Positions 1-9,780 of a DNA stretch of 32,100 nucleotides are shown here, in pieces. Under the pieces are notes generated by a model. The model did not search any database and was not told the DNA's origin. It worked only from the letters and a program-made list of their open reading frames with translations. The stretch spans positions 44,328,955-44,361,054 of the forward strand of contig NC_068981.1 of NCBI RefSeq assembly GCF_001194135.2, given 5' to 3'. The stretch's first letter is position 1; each line of letters opens with the position of its first letter. The DNA is from Octopus bimaculoides (lineage: Eukaryota). The translations under genes were made by a program, and so were the position numbers.

Positions 1-45
1 AGAGAGAGAGAGAGAATGAGAGAAAGGAAGAGAGAGACAGAGAGA

Positions 46-468
46 GGTGCAGACGTGATTGTGTGGTAAGAAGCTTGCTTCCCAATACTTTGATTCCAGG
101 TACAGTCTGACTGCCTAGCATCTTTGGCAAGGGTATCCTGCTATAGCCGCAGGCCGACCGAAATCTTGTGAGTGGACTAAGGGGACGGAAGTGAAAGAAG
201 CCGTCATATATATGTATATATATACATACTTATACATACATACACACACACATATATATCTGCGTGATATCGTGTCTGTGTGCCCCCCCCCACCACTGGG
301 GTGTCTATGTTCCATAAATTACCGTCTGGTAAAAGAGTGGTTGAATAGTACTAGCTTTAAGAAAAAAAAGTTCTAGGATTGATTCATTCGACTAAAAATT
401 CTTCGAGACCGTGCCCCAACATGGCCGCTGTCTAATGACTGAAGCAAATTAAGATAAAAGATAAAAGA
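46..468 (+). mobile_element. tRNA-like SINE, family A, with internal (TA/CA)n and tandem 3' tail
   Basis: Head GGTGCAGACGTGATTGTGTGGTAAGAAG with degenerate A/B-box-like motifs; body ...CTTTGGCAAGGGTATCCTGCTATAGCC...GAAAGAAGCCGTC; microsatellite; then ...CATGGCCGCTGTCTAATGACTGAAGC and an (AAGATAA)n-type tail. Resembles an abundant octopus SINE as recalled, not searched. Confidence 0.7.
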
Positions 469-1646
469 TGTTTATAGCACATGAATTCTTCCTTTAGATA
501 TATACGTACATTATCGAATCACACGCACACACACAAATATATATATTTGCATATATGTGTATATATATATTAATGTACATACATATATTACTTCCATTAT
601 AACATTAGATGTTTAATTTTTATGGTTCACGTGGCTGTCGATAATTAATCCACCTGATTGCATGAGGTGATGGAAAATTTCATCAGGGATTATAAAAATA
701 CATCTTGGGTTTGCAGATATTAGTAGCAAATGAATTAGTAAAATAAAATTTATTAAGTAGTAGACGAAGGTTTTTAATGCAAAATCTGTTTCCCAGCTAT
801 TCCGGTGCAATCGATTGTGTTCATACTAATATATGAATATCAAGGGTTATGCTTAATTAAGAAAAGCAACTCTATTGCAATTCAAAACATGTGTAAGAAC
901 GTATCCAAAGTGGAGTCATCTATATACAGACATACACATCACAATAGTTGCCATAGTCGAAAATACCTTATAGATATCTGTATAACGTACTGGTGTAATG
1001 TCAACTTACACTTTTCCTTGCCAATTCCAACCCTATTGTAGATTGATTTATATTGATCCAAAGGGTTTTTCTGTAGTAGTATGGAAGCTGAATGAAGTTC
1101 TAGACATTTCATTAGTAATTCTGGAACAAATTCCATCATTTAATTTAATGTCCAATTCAATACTGACCTGGGGACATTTCTTTACACCAAAAGTATCAAA
1201 TCATTAAATTGTTTTAGTGTGAGATTTATTTTGTGTTGATGATGTGTAAGTTAGTGTTACTGATTCTGATAATGATGATATTGATTAAATTGTATTTGCA
1301 AGAATAGATTTGTTGTAACTTCATCATTGTCAAACTCATCACAACCGTAGCAATGTTCATGATTGTCTTTGGCATCCTCAACAACAATAAAACCAGATTA
1401 ACTCCGCAACGATAACATACTCAGTGGACCTTTCAGTTATAGAAAATAAATATGTGGAAGTTTTCTCACCATTAAGAACTTGACCAAATTTTATGAAATT
1501 TTCATTCAAGGAAATTTTTACGTAGATAGAATTGTATGTATTTTGTTACACACACAAATATATTCTCTCTCTCTTCCTCGTTTTCTGTCTGATCACACAC
1601 ACACATACGTATCTGCATATATATATGTATATATATATATATATAT

Positions 1647-2486
1647 NNNNNNNNNNNNNNNNNNNNNNNNNNNNNNNNNNNNNNNNNNNNNNNNNNNNNN
1701 NNNNNNNNNNNNNNNNNNNNNNNNNNNNNNNNNNNNNNNNNNNNNNNNNNNNNNNNNNNNNNNNNNNNNNNNNNNNNNNNNNNNNNNNNNNNNNNNNNNN
1801 NNNNNNNNNNNNNNNNNNNNNNNNNNNNNNNNNNNNNNNNNNNNNNNNNNNNNNNNNNNNNNNNNNNNNNNNNNNNNNNNNNNNNNNNNNNNNNNNNNNN
1901 NNNNNNNNNNNNNNNNNNNNNNNNNNNNNNNNNNNNNNNNNNNNNNNNNNNNNNNNNNNNNNNNNNNNNNNNNNNNNNNNNNNNNNNNNNNNNNNNNNNN
2001 NNNNNNNNNNNNNNNNNNNNNNNNNNNNNNNNNNNNNNNNNNNNNNNNNNNNNNNNNNNNNNNNNNNNNNNNNNNNNNNNNNNNNNNNNNNNNNNNNNNN
2101 NNNNNNNNNNNNNNNNNNNNNNNNNNNNNNNNNNNNNNNNNNNNNNNNNNNNNNNNNNNNNNNNNNNNNNNNNNNNNNNNNNNNNNNNNNNNNNNNNNNN
2201 NNNNNNNNNNNNNNNNNNNNNNNNNNNNNNNNNNNNNNNNNNNNNNNNNNNNNNNNNNNNNNNNNNNNNNNNNNNNNNNNNNNNNNNNNNNNNNNNNNNN
2301 NNNNNNNNNNNNNNNNNNNNNNNNNNNNNNNNNNNNNNNNNNNNNNNNNNNNNNNNNNNNNNNNNNNNNNNNNNNNNNNNNNNNNNNNNNNNNNNNNNNN
2401 NNNNNNNNNNNNNNNNNNNNNNNNNNNNNNNNNNNNNNNNNNNNNNNNNNNNNNNNNNNNNNNNNNNNNNNNNNNNNNNNNNNNNG
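1647..2486. other. assembly gap (N run)
   Basis: Run of N; left flank is (TA)n. Confidence 0.99.
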
Positions 2487-2710
2487 TCAGCAGCGCCGCC
2501 TGGCTAAGGCTTGGCTGCTCTGCATTGACAAGGGGCAACACCCTGAAACTAGTCTGAAGATGCCAAACCAGCAGGGGGACACTGCTGACCTCCCCTGTTC
2601 GAAGGTTATAAAGGACACAGGTTTCGTGTGTCACATAGCTAGCTAGAGGCGATGGCTTCTTGGAGCTAATTCACGGCAGCTTTCGTCCTAATTTTGGGAC
2701 TGCCATGTTG
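2487..2710 (+). mobile_element. probable 3' end (ORF C-terminus plus 3' UTR) of an RLE-type non-LTR retrotransposon (HERO/NeSL-like)
   Basis: GC-rich island emerging from the gap. Frame ...VSSAAWLRLGCSALTRGNTLKLV* (stop at 2557) loosely resembles the C-terminal A-A-E-x-x-S-x-W-L motif region of RLE-clade ORFs. Upstream part is hidden in N. Confidence 0.35.
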
Positions 2711-2782
2711 GCTTGGCGATAACTATTAATTTCCAGTACCGCTGCCGTAGTCTCCTTTAGAGAGACTTAGAAATATTAATAA

Positions 2783-2814
<32 letters not shown>

Positions 2815-4554
2815 TTATATGGATATATATTAGATACATAATACATCTACAGAGGTGCAGTATATTAAGATAACTGAGTATGAAATATATTCTGTTATTC
2901 GCATTAACCGCATTAATGGTTCAGTTCCCTATCAATGCAAATTTCATACTATTTCCTCTCAAAAATGTCATAATGAAGCAGTAATAAAGTAACATAATGA
3001 GGAAGGAATAAAGCGGGTCGATGCAAAAATATAAGTGTACTAAATATTTCATAATCTAAGTTTGATATATATGCCACATAAAGAGTAATATTTTGAATTT
3101 GAGAAAAACGTTTTTAATAAATATTCACCATATTCCTAAGACTATATCGGTTATGTAAGTGACGTTCTTGAAATGCTTGAAAATCCGAAAACATGTTCAG
3201 AACAATATTTCAGAAAATTATCTCCGTTCTCTTCCAGCGCCAAAAGACAAATTTTGGTGAGGCAAAGTCAATACGAGAAAACAATGTTAATTTTTCTCTT
3301 CGATTCTTCAGAATTGCAGTTCAGAAAAGACTCACATTCATCAATAACCATCCTTAGACCTGAGAAAGAAGAGCAAATAAGGAAAAAATTCTTTGGAAAG
3401 TGAAAGAGGTTCATCAGAAATTGGCATACATGAAATTAACCAAATTCGACTAAATCTAAAAAGTCAGCATAAAACAGCACCTTTGCATTTTACCGGACTG
3501 CCTCCTTTCCTGATAGATTTAAGTACCATATCGCTAAAAAACAGGAACTTGTTAGAATTAGGCATTACTCATTTTGCCCCACATTATACCAATATTCGGA
3601 AAGTGAAATTTATTAAAATTAGATATTAGTGTGAAAAAAATGTTGGCCTGGAATCCAACAGAGAAATGAATATTGATTGTTAGACACCAAAAATTATCCA
3701 GATAATTTAGCAACTTCAATTACAAAAAGTAGCTTGGAAAATGAGTACCTGTCACATGTTTTAAACTCTTTCAACTTCAACAATAACTATTAATTCGAAA
3801 TTTAATATCAACGATGAAGTAACAGTAAAAGAATATATGCAATACACGAAACGTAATTATTCAAACATATAAGGAGAAAATAACAAAACGAATCAGGAAT
3901 TACTCATTTTGCCCAACTACCCACTACATTAAATATTAGTGGTATGCAGTGTACGGATCAAACATTCATTGTTCTCTCAACCAGTTTTATGCCAGCAGAT
4001 GAGGTATCTCTTAAGCAGACAGTCTTATCTTACGCATGTAGAATGCCTAACAAGTCCATTGAATTAGTTTTTTTCCTGTATTTACAACACTTACACTGCC
4101 ATTAATAAACTGAATTATAGACTGACATTTTATTTAAGCCAAGCTTCTATTGGCGTTGCCCATAATTAAGCAGGAAGTAACTAACGATCAAGAATGCCTT
4201 CGGCATGGAATTTAGCTACATCTCTAAGGTCTGCATTCAAAACTTCTCTTTCATAAATGTATTTCATCGGTTAGACAGCGGTAATATAAAGAGAATGGAT
4301 AAGCAACAATAACGACTAATATCAATGACTGTATATCAATAGTTGGAGCGCCGAAATGATCGGGCTTTAACGAGCAAAATCTCCAAAATATTGGAAGAGA
4401 CAAAACGGCTATTTCAAGTTTTTGAATAAGTTTCCAATCATAATAGAAGCAAATTCCTTCAATCCAACACAAATTTAGTCCGAACCGAAAGTAGTCACTT
4501 AAAGAAGAGCACAAACCTGATGGCACTGCTTACACACAACTGTAGCTATATGTA

Positions 4555-4675
<121 letters not shown>

Positions 4676-4828
4676 CATCGTCAAATCACATCATAGTATC
4701 TTCAGAATGGAAATTACTTAGGATAATGTAGTGCTGAATATACTGTTTGAGAGAAAAAATGATGGATCGGTCAGAATAGAAGGCTGTTGATCGTGGTTAT
4801 GAAGGACCAAATAATACTTTCTACTATA

Positions 4829-5008
4829 GGCAAAAGGCCTGATATTTAGGCAGGGGTGGACGGGGCAACTAGTACACATTTAATCGACTCAGAAATGAAG
4901 AAAAACAAAGTCGACTTTAACGAGATTTAAACTCAAATCATAAAGACAGTCGAAATGCCGCGAAGCATTTTGACCAGCGTGATAACGATTCTGCCAGTTC
5001 GCTGCCTT
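4829..5008 (-). mobile_element. tRNA-like SINE, family B, copy 1
   Basis: Minus strand reads AAGGCAGCGAACTGGCAGAATCGTTATCACG...GAGTTTAAATCTCG...GTCGACTTTG. Shares CGATTCTGCCAG (4986-4997) with 5206-5217. Confidence 0.8.
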
Positions 5009-5028
5009 TATCTAGGGCTAAAAAATTG

Positions 5029-5218
5029 TTTCAAATTTTGGCACAAGGCCATCTATTTTGAGGGAGAGCTAATGACTATTACTTCAACTACTGTACTCAA
5101 CTGGTGCGGACTTTATAGGCCCTGGAAGGAGAAAGGCAAAGTTGACTTCGGCAGAATTTGAACTCAGAACGTAAAGACGAAAGAAATGCTGCTAAGCATT
5201 TTGTCCGATTCTGCCAGC
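5029..5218 (-). mobile_element. tRNA-like SINE, family B, copy 2 (small deletion in head)
   Basis: Minus strand GCTGGCAGAATCGG...CGTTCTGAGTTCAAATTCTGCCGAAGTCAACTTTGCCTTTC with B-box-like GTTCAAAT. Exact 19-mer AATTTGAACTCAGAACGTA shared between 5155-5173 and 8106-8124. Confidence 0.85.
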
Positions 5219-7336
5219 ATTAATGTTGGAGGTCTACTGCCTAAACAAAAATCAAAAGCCTTTATATGGATACCTCAAGTCCCTAAGATGAAATCATACT
5301 ATCTCATAAAAAAGTGAATAGCATTTGTATAGTATTTGCCAATTGAGTATACTCAATCTACTTTACAAGCCCGTTCCCAGTCAAAAAATGAACAAACAAA
5401 TGTAAAATCGCATTGTGAGTAAGAAACGCATTTTTATTTATTTGTGTATTTATTTATTAGTAAGAGCATCCATCAAATTACCAAACCATTCTTTAGACTT
5501 CTGTCATAACGAAAGTAATTGAATTAGTTGTCAAAAGAAAAGCAGCAACTAATCTAGATTTGTATTCTTTACTTTTGCAATCATCAATATAACTTCCATT
5601 AAACCAGATCAAAAGGACATTTTTTTATCGTATAAGAACCATATAATTTTCTTTCGATCACTGCCAGTTTCTGTTCGGACTGTCATACTTCGAATGGAAT
5701 TATGCCAGAATGGTTTAGCGGATATATGATGTGAACCTAAGGGAAAAGCCTAGAACTTGGCTGAGATTAAAAGACACATGGGAGAAGAATAAAGAAAACA
5801 ACAGGAAATGTTTGTAATAAAAACAGAATGTTAGATACCGAACTATAGAAAGTAGTTGCGTTCATTTATTTAATAAAATATATTCACATTATATGACGAT
5901 TTTGCTTGCTTCTTACTGGCTAGTAAAGGATGCGGTTGATAAGGCTTAAACTTGTAGTCAGATAAATTGACAGTTCGTATTTCGCTTCTCATGTCACAAT
6001 AAATCAAAAGACAAAACAATTGAACTATTGTTTACTCAGACCACCTAACAGAGATTAACACTGTTTTAAGCAAAGAAATATTATATATTTAAGAAAAGTT
6101 TGTTTGTGTAGTACAAAGTTTATCTTTGTCCTATAGTTACAAGACATGAAGAAAATGTTCCAATAACTTTCCCAAGATATCCCGGAAATGACAGGAATAT
6201 GTTAATTTAATTTCACTATATCATCAATGTTAGTACAGATTCCCCAAAGTTAAACACTTCTATAAAAGTATGCTTCAATTTTGTATCTTAATTTGCATGG
6301 AACCAACATTTATCGCAGTCCTGTTACTAAGATATAGCTAGTTACTTTATCTGTTTTAAAAAAGTATCTGAGTTTGTAGATTAGAATGTTTATCATCTGT
6401 TATTGGAATAAAGGTAATTTGTATAATGCATTCTGAAATACAAGACCTGCTGGTTTATAAAATTGACAGAGTTTATGAGATGGAAAGGATATAGTTGCTT
6501 GAATAAACAAAAGCATATTTATTCTGATACTGTGCAATCAGAAGGGGACATGAATATTCGATGGTGGTAAGATTCGTGTTCAGGATACTGTCCCACACTA
6601 CTATTTCGTGTATTTACAACCTTTCTACCTGGATAGCTTAAATTTTATTTCTTTATGTTTTATTATGTAATAGTTTTATTTGTAGTAGGAGAGGCATAAA
6701 CTGAAGAGAATTAAGACCAGTATTTGAATTAAGAGCAGTAACCATGGAAACCTCATAATTATTTTGAAAACTATTACGCGAATGGAATTAAATCATGAAA
6801 TACATAATTTCTTTTGAAATTGTAATTTGTCTGAAAAGTATTAAATTCTTGAGATGACACAAAATTCACAAGTTAATTTTTTCAGGTGCAGTCATAGGCG
6901 AAAACATGATATATGCTTCTAACTTCAGTCTAGAGAGAGTCATCTGATACTTCTAGGTACTTTAGATCAACAAGTAAGCAATATGAACTATCGAAAGAAA
7001 GTGATAACGTTATTCAACTCTACAACTAAGTTGTTGAAGCTTTAACAAATCTCAATATGTTGTAAAACATATTTTCTCATTAGTAAAAGTTTCCAATTGA
7101 CAGATTTGAACACACAGTCCTGGAGCACGATGCATAGTTATTTTCACCGTGAACTATGGATTATAAAGAAAAGCGTGAACGTAGATGTCAAATTAAAATT
7201 TGGTTTGTAACCACTGGTCTTGGGCATGTCCTACTGCATAGCATCTTAGGCATATGATTTCTGTTAGTTTACTAATACAGTGAATGAGATTAAGTAGAAC
7301 GAAATTGTATGAATCCTGTCATGTTTGCAGACACCT

Positions 7337-7371
7337 ATATATATATATATGTGTGTGTGTGTTTGTGTGTG

Positions 7372-7433
<62 letters not shown>

Positions 7434-7458
7434 TGTGTGTGTGTGTGTGTATGCGCGC
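7337..7458. repeat. (TA)n-(TG)n compound microsatellite
   Basis: Direct reading. Confidence 0.99.
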
Positions 7459-7485
7459 GTTTCAAATTTCCACCTGAAAGCAGTG

Positions 7486-7640
7486 TTCTTTACGTTCCGT
7501 AACATAAAGTTGCGACTAAACTATATACTGTTAAAATGCGGGTCCAACTGGAAGAAAGAAAACAAAAGTCAATACTTTCGGCGAAATCCTTGAAAAGGAT
7601 GCTCCAGCATGGTCTCGGCTTGATAACCAGTAATAGACAA
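7486..7640 (+). mobile_element. possible highly decayed 3' half of a family A SINE
   Basis: Follows (TG)n as in the 46-468 copy; GCTCCAGCATGGTCTC resembles CCCCAACATGGCCGC at ~414-428. Similarity is weak. Confidence 0.3.
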
Positions 7641-7981
7641 AATACCTAGAATAACATATGTATCATAGTTTATATAAAAATATTTATCTATAAGTCAAAT
7701 GTTTTACGAATATTATAATATAAATGTTATCTCTCATAGAATATGGGTACCAGTGTATCGGCGTAGAATATTAACCGCTTCTAAATGTGCCATTCGGGAG
7801 ATCCTAATGTGATAGGGCGACCTTCAAGAGATAATAGCCAAATCTATTATGAATCATATCTAATTGAAAGATGTTAGATGGTACAGTTTGAGAAAACAAT
7901 TATCTTGAATTTATGGATCTTACCACGTTCTTCTGGATCAAAATTAAAGCAATAACAAAAACAACGACGATAATAAGAATG

Positions 7982-8188
7982 TCTCAAAATTTAGAACAAC
8001 GCTAGAAATTTGGGGCATGACTTAAGTCGTTTACATGGACTCAGTCATTAGCTGGTACTTATTTTATCGATCGCGAAGGATGTAAGTCAAATTACACCTC
8101 GGCAAAATTTGAACTCAGAACGTATACAGGGACCAAATGCCACAAAATATTTTACCCAGGGTCTAACGATTCTACCATCTCGGCGCCT
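7982..8188 (-). mobile_element. tRNA-like SINE, family B, copy 3
   Basis: Minus strand AGGCGCCGAGATGGTAGAATCGTTAG...CGTTCTGAGTTCAAATTTTGCCGAGG...GATAAAATAAGTACCAGC. Shares the 19-mer with copy 2 and AATAAGTACCAG with 24590-24601. Confidence 0.85.
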
Positions 8189-8216
8189 AATTAATAGCGT
8201 TAAACAAATTTTGCAG

Positions 8217-8480
8217 ACATTATTTACATTATTTACACTTGACGGATATTTGTCCTCATCTTGTTTGTTGTTAACACAACGTTTTGGTTGATATACGCTC
8301 CAGACTTCATCAGGTGTCTTGGGGAAATTTCGAACCTGGGTTCTCATTACTAAGGTGTTTTTCGATGTTATTATTTTTGTTATTATCATTATCATCATTA
8401 TTATTATTATTAAGGTCACTTCCTGGAATCGAACTCGCAATATTGGGGTTAGTAGACCACGTTCTTAACCACTACGCCAT
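8217..8480 (-). mobile_element. tRNA-headed SINE, family C: A/B boxes, (AAT)n spacer, hammerhead-like module, (TGTAAATAA)n tail
   Basis: Minus strand: TGGCGTAGTGG (A box) ... GTTCGATTCC (B box) at 8480-8425, AAT-rich spacer, body, and tail TGTAAATAATGTAAATAATGT at 8237-8217. Confidence 0.8.
8273..8318 (-). ncRNA. minimal type I hammerhead ribozyme remnant, probably inactive (G12->A)
   Basis: Minus strand GACAC-CTGATGA-A-GTCTG-gagcgtatat-CAACC-AAAA-C-GTT-GTGTT. Stem I GACAC/GTGTT (4 WC + 1 GU); intact CUGAUGA; stem II pairs at 3 of 5 positions; GAAA reads AAAA; palindromic AACGTT stem III; NUH site = GUU. Confidence 0.7.
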
Positions 8481-9579
8481 AGTCTTAATAGTATCTCTTG
8501 TGGTGACGGATATTGTTGGAACGATATATCTAATTTCGTCTCTTTTAAAGACCGTGTTCAAATATTTTTTCGAATTATCTTAACAATTAGTTCTCCGCAG
8601 AGAACAATTTAAATCAGGATCTGTGTAATATGTAACTCAGTTAAGTTGGCTGTGGTATTCCCTTATAGATATCGGCATTCAATCGATGGCGTCTTCCCTC
8701 TTGTATATGTAATAAAGATTAGCATTCTAACATTTGCTAATCCGAATTATGCTTTGACAAAGAAAGGTTTGCCACTCATTGTTTCACACATGCATTGACC
8801 ACGTAATGAAGTCAATTTGTATGTTGACTCTAAATACTCAGCTATTACATGATGATGATGTTGTTGTTCCACGCCTAGATTACTCTTATATTATTTAATA
8901 TGGACATGTATTTTGGAGACGGTGTGTTGTGATTTGTGGGTCGTTTAACTGGTGACTGCTAAGCGTAGTAAGTCCGTCCATGCAGAATCTGGCTCAGTTG
9001 CTCAGAGCTTACATTATAACATACAGGACTGACCTCAAAATAACCTGAAAATATATTATTCCCTTATTATGGACTGGAAATCTAAGCAAGTAAACGTGAT
9101 TATGTAGCTGCCAGATTCTGCAATGTGCAATAAATACAGCGACATTTTAGTAGGTATGATTCAAGAGGAGCTTACATGGAAATACCTTGGGAATTGGGAT
9201 TTTTGTGAGTTAGTAAAAAATAAGGGTTATCGCTGACAATGCATCTACAGAGACCTTAAAGGAAAGGAACGTGAAAAACGAGTGCATACAGGTATCATCT
9301 CCCACACAAGAATAATGTCACAATAGATGTCACTTCCCAAATCTTGTAAAATGCCTTGCTTATAAATCAGAAGCGTAGTAACAAACAATCAGTCATATTT
9401 CATTCCTCATTTTCGTACATTTCTCCTAACACCTATCACCTAACAGCTATTCATTTTATGGAATTGTTTGTCAGTTTTGCGTCATGAACGTTTTCAGAAA
9501 TAATAGCATTATTGACTGGATATTCTTTCTATTCACTCTTTAAAAAAAAAATTCTCCTCTCTTTCTTTCATACTCATTT

Positions 9580-9597
9580 TCTTTCCTTTCTTTCTTC

Positions 9598-9675
<78 letters not shown>

Positions 9676-9780
9676 CTCTTTCTTTCTTTCACTCTTTCGT
9701 TTCTCTCTCTCTTTATCTTTCTCTCTCTCTTTTGCTCGGTCCCTCTCTCTCTTTCTCGGTCTCTCTCTCTCACTCTCTCT
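9580..9780. repeat. (TTTC)n / (TC)n polypyrimidine microsatellite
   Basis: Direct reading; explains ORFs 9512-9889 and 9540-9773. Confidence 0.98.

Noticed and set aside
1250-1420. Hydrophobic reading ICCNFIIVKLITTVAMFMIVFGIL and an acidic antisense reading
   Set aside because: The sequence is decayed ATC/AAC trinucleotide low-complexity DNA, which produces such peptides by chance.
4251-4526. 91-aa minus-strand ORF with WIEGICFY, faintly like the class B GPCR TM3 motif
   Set aside because: GTG start, no other GPCR motifs, no convincing splice boundaries; the resemblance is only a few residues.
6542-6973. Plus-strand exon candidates 6542-6566 and 6886-6973 with good splice signals
   Set aside because: Every joined frame hits a stop quickly and no homology is recognised. 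Non-coding or UTR exons cannot be excluded without RNA-seq.
8412-8480. Functional tRNA gene
   Set aside because: A/B boxes are present but the acceptor stem does not close, and it continues into a SINE body; treated as a SINE head.
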